Assembly: GCF_009914755.1 (NCBI RefSeq) | Contig: NC_060928.1 | Strand: one strand, 5' to 3' | DNA from: the human T2T-CHM13v2.0 reference genome, Homo sapiens | Length of the DNA stretch: 64,000 bases | Shown here: positions 12,137 to 24,100 of the stretch, piece by piece | How the letters are laid out: the number at the start of each line of letters is the position of its first letter | How positions within the stretch are numbered: position 1 is the stretch's first letter | Program-made: the position numbers and the translations under genes | Notes under the pieces: model-generated | What the model was told of the DNA's origin: nothing | The model's input: the letters and a program-made list of their open reading frames with translations, nothing else | The model's database searches: none

Positions 12137-14562
12137 TGATATAGTTTTGATGTTTGTCTCTGCCTAAATCATATGCTAAATTATAATTCTCAATGTTAGA
12201 GATGAGGCCTAGTAGGAGGTGTTTGGATTATGGAGCCGGATCCCTCATGGCTGGGGTGTTATCCTCCTGATAGTGAGTGCGTTCTCTTGAGATCTGGTTG
12301 TTGTAGAGTGTGGCACCTCCATCCCCACTATTTCTCTTGCTCTTGCTTTCTCTAAGTGAAGTGCCTGCTCCTGTTTTATCTTGTGCCATGAGTAAAATCT
12401 CCCAGAGGCTTCCTTAGAAGGTGAGCAAATGTTGGCATCATGCTTCATGTGCAGCCTGCAGAACCATGAGCCAATTAAACCTCTTTCCTTTATAAATTAC
12501 CCAGTCTCAGGAATTTATTCATAGCAGTGCAAGAATGTCCTAATAAAGAAAATTGGTACCAAGGGGCAGGGCATTGCTATAAAGATACCTGAAAATGTGG
12601 AAGCAACTTTGGAATCGGGTCATGAGAAGAGGTTGGTTGGAAGAATTTGGAGGGCCTAGAAGAAGACAGGGAGATGAGGGAAAGTTTGGAATTTCTTAGA
12701 CACTGGTTAAATGGTTGTGATCAACATGCTGATTGTGATATGGACAGTGAAGGCTAGGCTGTTAAGGTCTCACATGGAAGTGAATAACTTATTGGGAACT
12801 GGAGAAAAGATTACTTGTGTTATGCCTTAGCAAAGAACTTGGCTGCATTCTATTTATGCCCTAGGGATCCATGAAAGTTTGAGCTTGAGAGTGATGACTT
12901 ACGGTATCTGGTGGAAGAAATTTTATAGCAGCAAAGAATTCAAGATGTGGCCTGGTTACTTCTAACATTCTGGACTCAGATGCAGAAGCAAATAAATTAC
13001 TTAAAGTTGGAATATACAAAGGAAGCAGAGCATAAAAGTTCAGAAAATTTGCAACCTGGCCATGTTTCAAAAAAAGAAAAAGATTTTTCAGAAGAGAAAT
13101 TCAAGCAGGCTAAGGAGGAACAACTAGCTAGAGATGTTTGCATAATTAAAAGGGAACCAAGTGCTAATATCCAAGACATTGGGGAAAGGGCCTCAAAGGC
13201 ATTTCAGAGACTTTCACAGCAGCCCCTCCCATCACAGGCCCAGAGGCTTAGGAGAAAAGAATGGTTTTCTAGGTCAGGCCCAGGGCCACACTGCACTGTG
13301 TAGTCTTGGGATGCTGTTCCCTGTATCCCATATGCTACAGCTTCAGCTGTGGCTCCAAGGGTCCTAGTTACACTTGGACTGCCACTCTAGAGGGCCAAAG
13401 CCATACACCTTGGCAGTTTCCACATGGTGTTAAGCCTGCAGGTGCACAGAGTGCAAGAGTGGTGGAGGATTGGCACCTTGTGCTTAGATTTCAGATGATG
13501 TATGGAAAAGCCTGGGTATTCAGGCAAAAGCCTGCTGCAGGGACAGAGCCCTCAAAAATAACCTCTACTAAGGCAGTGCAGAAGAGAAATGTGAGGTTGG
13601 AGCCCCTGCACAGAATCTTCATTGGGACATTGCATAGTGGAGCTGTCAGAAGGGGGCCACTGTGATCCAGACCCCAGAATGGTAGATCCACCACCAGTTT
13701 GTACCCTCAGTGTGGAAAAGCTGCAGCCACTCGACAACCTGTGAGAGCATGTATTGGGGCTGAACCCTCCAAAGCCACTGGGGCAGAGCTTCCCAAGGTC
13801 TTGGGAGCCCATTTCTTGCATTAGTCTGCCCTGGATATGGGATATGTAGTCAAAGGATATTATTCTGGAGTTTTAAAATTTAATGACAGCCCTGCTGAGT
13901 TTTGAACTTGCATAAGCCCCTTTGGGCTGACTTCTCCATTTTGGAATGGGAATGCTTATAACCCCATTGTATCTTAGAATAAATAACTTGTTTTGACTTT
14001 ACAGGATCACAGATAGGAGATGTGTCTCAGATGAGAGTTTGGACTTGGACCTGGGACTTTTGAGTTAATGCTGGAATGATTTAAGACTTTAGGCAACTGT
14101 TGGGAAAGTATAATTGTATTTTTCAATGTGAGAAGAACATAAGATTGGTGGGGTAGCAGGAACAGAGTGATATAGTTTAGATATTTGTCCCTGACAAAAT
14201 CTCATGTTGAATTATAATTCCCAATGCTGGAGGTGGGGCCTGGTGGGAGGTGTTTTGGTCATGAGGGTGGATCCCTCATGGCTTGGTGCTGTCCTTGTGA
14301 TAGTGAGTGAGTTCTCTTGGAAACTGGTTGTTTTAAAGTGTGGTACCTCCCCCTGTCTTGTTCCTGCTTTTGCCACGTGAGATGCCTGCTCCTGCTTCAC
14401 CTTCTGCCATAAGTAAAAGTTCCCTGCAGCTCCCCAGAAGCCCAGTAACGTCAGTGCTATGTTTCCTCTAAAGCCTGCATAATCATGAGCCAATTAAACC
14501 TCTTTTCTTTATAAATTACCCAGTCTCAAAGATTTATACCAATACAAGAATGACATAATACA
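12137..14562 (+). mobile_element. Full-length MST (MaLR) provirus: LTR 12137-~12547, internal region, LTR 14168-14562
   Basis: Two homologous LTRs, internal region starting 'gaaaattggtacc', 5-bp TSD GATAG/GGTAG; host L1 is collinear across it. Confidence 0.9.
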
Positions 14563-17500
14563 GGTAGTATGGACATTTTAACAATATAGTTATTGAATCC
14601 ATGAACATGAAATAGCTTTCCATATTTTTTGTGTTCTCTTAAATTTCTTTCATTAGTGTTTTATAATCTTAATTATAGAGATCTTTTACTTCTGTAATTA
14701 ATTCCTAGGTGTTTAATTTTATTTGCGGCTTTTGTAAAAGAAATTACTTTTAAAATTTCTTTTTCAGAAGTTCACTGTTGGAATATAGAAATGCTACTGA
14801 TTTTTGTATGTTGATTTTGTATCCTGCAAGTTTACTGAATTTTTTTTCAGTGCTAATAGTTTTTAAATTGAGTCTTTAGGTTTATTCAAATAGAAGATCG
14901 TATCATCTTCAAACAAGGATAATTTCACTTTTCCAATTTTGATTCCCTTTCTTTCTCTTGTCTGATTCCTCTAGCTTAGACTTCCAATACTATGTTGAAT
15001 AACAGTGATGAATGCGGGCATATTTGTGTTCTAGATCTTAGGGGAAAGGCTTTCAGTTTTTCCCTATTCCATATAATATTAATTATGAATCTATCATACA
15101 TGGCTTTCATTATGTTGAGGTATGTTCCTCCTACACTCAGTTTTTTTAGGGCTTTTATCATTATAGGATATTGAATTTTATCAAATGCTTTTTCAGCATC
15201 AGTTGAAATGATTGTATGGTTTTTGTCCTTAATTCTGTTGATATGACATGTTACATCGATTTGTGTATGTTGAAACATTCTTGCATCCCAGGGATATATT
15301 CCTCTTGGTCATGATGAATGATCTTCTTAATGTATTGTTAAATTCAGTTTGCTAGTATTTTGTTGAGTATTTTTGCTTCAATATTTATCACAGATATGTA
15401 TGTTTTTTTATCTTAGGTTACCATAAGGCTTGTAAATACTATCTCATAACCCATTGTTTTAAACTGATGACAACAGTGATTGCATAAACAAAGAAACAAA
15501 GAATCATGCAAAAAGAAAATAATAACTCTACACTTTATTTTCTCATCTTTTAGCTTTTTCTTTCTCTTTATATCTTATTGGATTATGTCTTAAAAAGTTG
15601 TTGTAGTTATTATTTTTGATTTGTCATTTTTTAGTCTTTCTACTTAACATGAGTAGTTTATACACCATGATTACAGCACTATAACATTTGTTTTTCTGTG
15701 TGCTTACTTTTACCAGTGAGTTTTGTACCTTCACATAATTTCTTCTTCCTCATTAACGTCCCTTTCTTTCAGATTGAATAACTCCTTTTAGCATTTCTTA
15801 TAGGACAAGTCTAGTCCTATAAGAACTAGGTCTAGACTTGTCCTGTTGACAAAATCCTTCAGCCTTTATTTTTCTGAAAAGGTCTTTGTATCTTCTTCAT
15901 GCTTGAGGAAATTTTTTGTTGGATATACTATTCTAGGGTAGGGTTTCCTTTTCCCAGCACTTCATATATGTCGTCCCACTCTCTCCTGGCCTGTAAGGTT
16001 TCCACTGAAATGTGTGCTGCCAGTTGTATTGAAGCTTTCCGGTGTATGTGCTTTGTTTCTTTTCTTATACTGTTTTTATAATCCTTTCTTCATCCTTGAC
16101 CTTTGGGAGTTTGATTATTAAATGCCTTGAGGTAGTCTTCTTTGGGTTAAATCTGCTTGGGGTTCTATACCTTTCTTTTATTTGGATTTTGATATCTTTA
16201 CCTAGGTTTGGGAAGTTCTCTGATATTATCTCTTTGAATAAACTTTCTACCTCTGTCTCTTTCTCTGCCTCCTCTTTAAGGCCAATAACTCTTAGATTTA
16301 CCTTTTGAGGCTGTTTTCTAGATTCTGTAGGTGTGCTTCATTTTTTAAATTTTTTCTTTTGTCTCCTCTGATTGTGTATTTTCAAATAGCCTGTCTTCAA
16401 GCTCACTAATTCTTGCTTTTGCTTCATCAATTCTACTATTAAGAGACCGTGATGCATTCTTTAGTATGTTAATTGCATTTTTCAACTCTAGAATTTGTTT
16501 GATTATTTTTAATTATATCAATCTCTTTGTTAAATTTATCTGATGGGATTCCAAATTTCTTCTCTGTGTTATCTTGAATTTTTTTTTATTTTCCTTAACA
16601 CAACTCTTTTGAATTATCTGTCTGAAAGGTCACCTATTTCTGTCTTTCCAGGATTTTTCCCTGGTAATTTATTATTCGATGAAGTCATGTTTTCCTGGGT
16701 AACTTTGATGCTTGTAGATGTTCATCCATGTCCAGGCATTGAAGAGTTAGTTACTTACTGTTGTCTTTGTAGTCTGGGCTTGTTTGTACCTGTCCTTCCT
16801 GAGAAGGCTTTCAATTTGTTTGAAGGGACGTCAGCCCCAAGTTCAATAAAGCTGTGGTTTTTGTAGACTTATAGAGATAATGCCATGGTGGTCTTGGATA
16901 AGATCCAGAAGCGTTCTCTAAATTATCAGGCAGAGACTCTTGTTCTTTTCTCTTACTTTCTCCCACACGAATAGAGTCTCTCTCTCTATGCTGAGCCATC
17001 TGGAACTGGTGATGGTGATGCAGGCATCCCTGGGGCCACCACCACTGGGATTGTGCTGGGTCAGACCTGAAGCCAGCATAGCACTGGCTGTCACCCACAG
17101 CCCAATGTAACCACTACCATGTATGTTTACTCAATGCCCTAGGCCTGTGTGATCAACTAGTAGCTAAGCCATCCAGATTTCTGATCTTTCATTCAGGAAG
17201 ATTAGTTCCTGTAGGTCCTTGGAGGATCCAGCGATCCTCTTTGTATCCAGAGGTACAAACAGGATATATCCAGAGATACAAATAGGAGGTATACAGGGTA
17301 TACCCAGAGATACAAACAGGAGTCTCTCACCATAGCCACCATAGCTGGGAATGTGCTGGGTTACAACTGAAGTTGGCAACTTTCAGGGCTCAAGGTACAC
17401 AGCATACTCCCTGGGTATGCTGATTATTCAGGGTCCATTGCTGGTTATTCAGGGCTCAAGGTCTCTTTAGTCAGCAGATGATGAATTATGCTAGGATTGG

Positions 17501-19411
17501 GTTCTGCCCTTCAAGACAGTGGGTTCCCTTTTGGTGCAGGGTGTGTCTGTAAACAACATCCATGAGCTAGAGCCTGGAATTGGGGTCTCACAACTCTGCA
17601 TGGTGCCCTATCATATGGTGGTGGAGCTGGTATCCAAGATACAAGACATTGTCCTCTTGACTCTTGCTTTTTTCTCCTTAAGCAGAAGGAAGAAGTCACA
17701 TTCATTGTTGTGAGCTGCATGGCCTGGCCCTCCTCTGGCTCTGAGACCAGCTAAGCATGAGGAATTCAAGTCCTTTTGTCCTAGACTGCCTTTGAAATTT
17801 ACTTAGATCCTGAGAGCACTTCAATTCAGGAGCTAAGTAAGGGTGGTGATACTTTCTGAGAAACTCAAGTTCTGACTGCTGGAATGGATGATTCCCCTCT
17901 GGCTAGATCTGGTCCAAATGCTTCTTCCATGTGTCTTTGCTGGCTGAGCCCAGCATAACTTTGCTCTACAGCGTGACAAGGCAGCACTGAGTTAAAATGT
18001 TAAGTCTCCCGGTCACTGCACTCTACCTTTCCCAAGTGCTTAGACTCTTTGCATTGCATGGCTGCTGCAGAGGGATGGCAGAGGGGTGCCTCTGGCAATT
18101 TAAGAATATCTCCTACCCTCTTCAATGCCCCTTTCAGCAATATGAAGTTAAAACCAGGTACTGTGACTGCTCACCTGATTTTGGGTTCTTGTGACTATGT
18201 TTTTCGGTGTGCAGATACTTGTTAAAATTTGGTGTTCCTGTTGGGCAGATGAAAGGTTTAGGCTTTTACTCTAACACCCTGCTCTGCCCTCTCAACTTTT
18301 ATTTTACATTCAGGGGGAATATTGGCAGGATTGTTACATGGGTATATTGTGTGGTGCTGAGATTTGGGGTACAGATCTCATCACAAAGTTAGTAAGGATA
18401 GAGCCCAATATGTAGTTTTTCAACCCACAGCCCTCTCCTTACTCCATACGCTTACTGTTACACATTGTTTATTGTTTCCATATCTATGTAGATGTGTGCT
18501 TCATATTTAGCTCCCATTTATAAGTAAGAACATGTGGTACTTGGTTTCCTGTTCTGGTGCTAATTTGCTTAGGATAAAGGACTACAGCTGCAAAAGACAT
18601 TATTTCATTCTATTTTTATGGCTGCCCAGTATTTCCGTATGCATATGTAACACATTTTTCTTTTTTCAAATCACTGTTGATGGGCACCTAGGTTGATTTC
18701 ATGTCTTTGGTTATTGTAAATAGTGCTATGATGAACATGCAAGTGATGTGCCTTTTTGGAGAGTGATTTATTTCCTTTTGGGTACATACCCAGTACTGGG
18801 ATTGCTGGTTCTAATGGTAGATCTGTTTCATGTTTTAGGAGAAATCTCCAAATTGTTTTCCACAGTGGCTGAACTAATTTACATTGCCACTAATGGTGTA
18901 TGTGTTCCCTTTTCCCTGCAGCCTCACCAGCTCTGTTATATTTTGACTGTTTAATAGTAGCCAATCTGATAGTGTGTGATGGCATCTCATTGTGGTTTTG
19001 ATTTGCCTTTCTCTAATAATTAGTGATATTGAGCATTTTTTCATGTTTATTGCTCACTTATATGTCTTCTTTTGAGAGGTAAAGTCTTTTCACATACTTG
19101 ATCCATTTTTAATGGGATTACTTTTTTTTCTTGTTGATTTGTTTAAGATCTTTATTGATTTTGGATATGAGACCTTTGTCAGATGTATAGTTTGTGAACA
19201 TTTTCTCCCATTCTGTAAGTTATCTGTTTACTCTGTTGATAGTTTCTTTTGTTAGGCAGAAACTTTTTAGTTTAATTAGGTCCCACATATCAGTTTTTAT
19301 TTTTGTTGCAATCGCTTTTGAGGAATTGGTCATAAATTCTTTCCCAAGTCCAATGTCTAGAATGGTGTTTGCTAGGTTTCTTTTAGGATTCATATAGTTT
19401 GACGTCTTTCA

Positions 19412-19475
19412 TTTAAATCTTTAACCCATCTTGAGTTAATTTTTAAATCTTTAACCCATCTTGAGTTAATTTTTA
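19412..19475. repeat. Perfect 30-bp tandem duplication inside L1
   Basis: tttaaatctttaacccatcttgagttaatt x2. Confidence 0.9.
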
Positions 19476-21793
19476 TGTACAGTAAAAGGCAGAGACCAGT
19501 TTCATTCTTCTGCATACAGCTGTCCAGTTATCCCAACAGCACTTATTAAATACTGAGTCCTTTTCTCTTTGTTTTTTGTTGACTTTCTTGAAGATCACAT
19601 GGCTGGAGATGTGCGGCTTTATTTCTAGGTTCTCTGTCTTGCTCCACTGGTCTATGTGCCTACTTTTTCTTTTCTTCTTCTTCTTTTTTTTTTTTTTTTT
19701 ACTTTTTTACCCATAACTTGCTGTTTTGATTACTGTAGGCTTATAGTATAGTTTGAAGTTGGCACTTATATATGAATTTCTTTTGGCAGTAAGACCATTT
19801 AAACAGTATTTATTCTTCCAATCCATGAGCATATAATGTTTGTTATTTGTTTGTGTCACCTCTGATTTCTTTCATCAACAGTTTTTCTCATAGAGATCTT
19901 CCACCTCCTTGTTGAGATGTAGTCCTAGGTATTTCATTTTACTTGTGGCAATTGTAAATTGGATTATTTTCTTGATTTACTCTCAGTCTGTACATTATTG
20001 ATATATATATAAATGATACTGATTTTTGTACATTGATTTTGTATCCTGAAACTTTACTGTAGTCATTTATCAGTTCTAGGAGCCTTTCACAGAGTCTTTT
20101 GAGCCTTTCACAGAATCATACCATGAGCAAAGAGAAATAAATTTACTTCTTTTCCTATTTGGATGCCTTTTATTTTCCTCTCTTTCTTGATTGCTTTGGC
20201 TAGGACTTCCAGTACTATGTTGAATAGGAGTGGTGAGAGAGGGCATCCTTGTCTTGTTCCATCTCTCAAAGTGAATACTTCCAGCTTTTGTCTATTCAAT
20301 CTGATGTTGACTATGGATTTGTCATAGATGTCCTGTTATTATTTTGAGGTATGCTACTTTGGTGTCTAGTTTGTTAAGAGGTTTTTTTTTATCATAAGGA
20401 GATGATGGATTTTATTGTATGCTTTTTCCATGTCTATTGGAATCATATGGTTTTTGCTTTTGATTCCATTTAGGTGGTGCATCACATTTACTGATTTGCA
20501 TATGTTGAACCAGGCCTGTATCCCAGGAATACAGCATACTTGATTGTGGTGAATTAATTTTATTAATATATTCCTTGGTTTGATTTGCTAGTATTTTGTT
20601 GAGGATTTTCGCATCCATGTTCTTCAAGGATATTGATCTAAAGCTTTCTTTTTGCATTGTTCCTCTTCCAGGTTTTGGTATCAAGCTGATGTTGGCTTCA
20701 TAGAATGGGTTAGGAAGAAGCCCATTCTCTTCAATATTTTGGAATAGTTTCAGTGGGATCGATATCAGATTTTCTTTGTACATCTGGTAGAATTTGGCTA
20801 TGAATCCATATGGTCTAGGGATTTTCTTTTTGGTTGTTAGGATTTTTATTACTGATTCAACTTCAGAACTCCATATTTGTCTATTCAGAGTTTCAATCTC
20901 TTCCTGATTCGATCTTGGGAGAATGTGTGTTTCAAGGAATTTATCAATTTGCTCTAGATTTTCTAATTTGTGTGCATACTTCTTTATAGTAGTGTCTGGG
21001 AATCTTTTTTTTTTTCCTATAGGATCAGCTGTAATGCCATCTTTGTCATTTCTGCTCGTACTTCTATCTTCTCTTCCTTTTTCTATGTTAATCTAGCTAG
21101 CACTCTACCGATCTTGTTCATTCTTCTGAAAAAAAAAAAAAAAAACCTCTTTCATCTTTTGAATGGATTTTTGCATCTCAATTTCACTCAGTTTTTCTCT
21201 AATTTCAATTATTTTTTTCTTCTGCTAGCTTTGTGTTGGTTTATTTTTGTTTTTCTACTTCCTTTAGGTGCTAAGTTAGATTGCTAATTTGAGACCTTTA
21301 TAATTTCTTAATGAAGGTGTTTCTTTAATCTCAAGTGAGATTGGAGAAGCTTTTGTGGACTATATCATCAAATATATTTTTCAAATTGCTTTTTCTCTCT
21401 TCTCACTCAGAATGCCAATGAGTCATAGATTTAGTCTCTTAACATAATCCCATATCTCTTGGATATTTTGTTTATTTTTTAAAATTATTTTTTCTTAATT
21501 TTTGTTTGACTGAGTTGATTGAAAGACCTGGTCTTCAAGCTCTGAGATTCTTTCCTCAGCTTGGTCTATTCTACTGTTAATACTTCAGATTGTATTATGG
21601 AATTCTTATAAAGGATTTTTCAGCACTAGGAGTTTGGTTTGCTTCTTTCTCAACATGGCTATTTGATCTTTCAACTCTTGGATCGTGTTAGTGGATTCCT
21701 TGGATTTTGTTTCAACTTTTTCTTGTATCTTAATGAGCTTCTTTGTCTTTAAGATTATGAACTCTATCTGTCATTTGAGACTGGTTGAGAACC

Positions 21794-22153
21794 TGTATTA
21801 GTCCATTTTTATGCTGCTGATAAAAACATACCTGAGACTGGGTAATTTATAAAGAAAAAGAGGTTTAACGGACTCACAGTTACACGTGGTTTGGGATGCC
21901 CTCACAATCATGATAGAAAGCAAGAAACACATCTCACATGGTGGCAGACAAGAGAGAATAAGAACAAGGGAAAGTGTTTTCCCTCACAAAACCATCAGAT
22001 CTCATGAAGCTTATTCAGTACCATGAGAACAGTATGGGGGAAACCACCCCCATGATTCAATTATCTCCCCCCAGTCTCTCCCACAACATGTGGGAATTAT
22101 GGGAGCTACAATTCAAGATGAGATTTGGGTGGGGACACAGCCAAACCATATCA
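21794..22153 (-). mobile_element. THE1 solo LTR (MaLR)
   Basis: tgtattagtcc...ggggacacagccaaaccatatca; perfect 5-bp TSD GAACC (21789-21793, 22154-22158). Confidence 0.9.
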
Positions 22154-23700
22154 GAACCATTGCTGGGAGCTAGTGGTATTGCTATTGCTTGGAGAAGGGG
22201 ACAGTCTCGATTTTTGAATTGCCAGAGTTCTTGTGCTGATTCTTTCTCATCTGGGAGGGTTGGTGTTCCTTTAACTGTGGTGTAAGTTAAAGGAATGTCA
22301 ACTTCACTGTAGTGAAGTCAGTTGGATTTTTAAAAATCTTTTTAGAGGGTCAAGGCTCTGTGCAGGGTTTTTATTTGTAGCTGAATTCTTGCCCTTGGTT
22401 TCATAGGGGGATATATTAGCAAAATATTTTTGGCGTTGCAGTTTGGGCTGTGAGCCAATAGATGATGCTAAAGAGTAACTGCTGGAAGATAGACGTGCTT
22501 AGCCATGTGATTCCTATGTATTTCCTCATGTTTGCAGCCATACTCTATGGTGTTGGGGGAGGAGAGGTGACCCTCTCATCAGGTCTACTCCTGGGCCTCT
22601 GGGAGCCCCCTCCAATCACTGGCACTGTACTTGGTTTTCTTTTATTAGGTGTTTCAGGCTATGGGGCTTACTTTTGTAGAGGCCGTACAGGGAGACAGTT
22701 CACACAATTTCTGGACTGGCCCTGCAGAAAGAGGCATGTCCTACTCTTGTGCCAGCCCACAGAACCACATGTCTCATCCCTCTCAGTGTTCTGAGGGTGT
22801 TGGCTCCTCCCCCAATTAAATGCCAGCCACAAATTTTAGCTTGGCACTCCCAAGCTGCACAGTGTAGCCTGGGGTACTGGGAATGTCTTGTGGCTTCATC
22901 CTCTGGACACTGAGGGTTGGGTATAGGTGCAATGGAAAATCTGAAGTGTTCACAGGACAACAGAAATGTACTTGGTGGAGCAAAACACCTAGCTTGTACA
23001 GCAGTGACTGTGTTGGGCCCATAGTCTTCTGGGGTAGCCAGGCATGGGCCCTGGGAGAATCTGATAGGCAGGAGGGCCAGCAGAACAGATGTGGCCCAGT
23101 CCCAAAGGGAAGCTGGCTCTACTTTCAACTGGCCCAGCAGTCAGCTGAGGCTAGAGCTTCTCAGAGGGAGATAAGGAGTCCTGGGAAATGGGTGCCTATG
23201 GCCAAGCTCTGTTGGAGCTGCCCCACACATGAAAGCCCCAAGTTCTGTGCTGGCTGAAGCCCTGTCTCTCTCTGTCTGGGCAGGTTCACCTACCAGGTCA
23301 AATGTCCATGAGGGACCTGGAGTCTCCTGTAGCTAGGATCCCAGAGGTCCATGGTGAAAGTGGGAAATCCTACAGTCCCTTTACTCACCCCTTCCTCAAG
23401 AGCTGTTTGGGGCTGGGAACTAAACCTAGCATTTGGGTACTCTGTACAGGGGTCCCAGTTTCCTCCTTCTTCAGTCTCAGTGTCTGTATCATATCTCCAT
23501 CCACTCTTGTTTTCTCTGAAGATCTGTTCAAATTATGTTGGTTTACTTGAAATTTTGGTCTTTCTCAGTAGAAGTGCCACTTCCTAGCTGCATGTAGTTA
23601 ACCATCTCCATTAGATTCCCCAGGTATTTTCTAATTTCCTTTTAATTTCTTTTAGACTCAATGCTTTTTCAACAGTGTGTTGTTTTCCCAATTTCCACAT

Positions 23701-23760
23701 TGTATTGTCCATTCTTGCATTGCTATAAAAAATACCTGAAACTGGATAACTTATAAAGAA
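23701..23760 (-). mobile_element. Truncated MST LTR fragment
   Basis: 'tgtattgtccattcttgcattgctataaaaaatacctgaaactgg' matches the MST LTR terminus, then breaks off. Confidence 0.6.
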
Positions 23761-23899
23761 GTTTGGGGGGACTTGCTCAGGTAAAAATTTGTAGTTATTC
23801 TTACTCCTTCTCCTTTTCTTGTCCTCCACAAATGGAAATCCCAAGTCTATGTCTTGATATCCCAGGCTGAGATCCTTTCTTTTGTAACGTACTTTAGGG

Positions 23900-24100
23900 A
23901 AACATTGTAGTTTAGTAAAAGAACACTAATTTTTTTGTGATCTGACTTCACTGATTACTAGCTCTCAATACTTGAGCAATCTGTTTGACTACTTTAGACC
24001 TGCCTTTTTTCATGTGTAAAATGGAGATGTTATGTATATCCTACCAACTTTGCAGAGTTGCTTTCCGGCTGAAATAAGGTAATGAACATGAAAGTGCCTT
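23900..24100 (+). mobile_element. MIR SINE remnant
   Basis: 'tcatgtgtaaaatggagat...tgaaataaggtaatgaacatgaaagtgc' MIR-core-like. Confidence 0.5.

Larger units (their letters stand above)
9225..18290 (-). mobile_element. Near full-length LINE-1 (L1MA1-3-like) with an internal ORF2 deletion near 15395, ORF1 and 5'UTR
   Basis: 3' end at ~9240; RT motifs [13 protein letters not shown] / [10 protein letters not shown] (ORF 14976..15278); ORF1-like 15780-16700; GC-richer 5'UTR to ~18290. Confidence 0.8.
18292..23615 (-). mobile_element. Near full-length LINE-1 (L1PA15-17/L1PB-like) with an internal deletion near 21320
   Basis: RT motifs [21 protein letters not shown] (20108..20299) and FYEANISLIPKPG (20412..20783); ORF1 and 5'UTR follow. 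Confidence 0.8.

Noticed and set aside
12947-13821. ORFs in the MST internal region
   Set aside because: Decayed MaLR internal sequence with no continuous frame.
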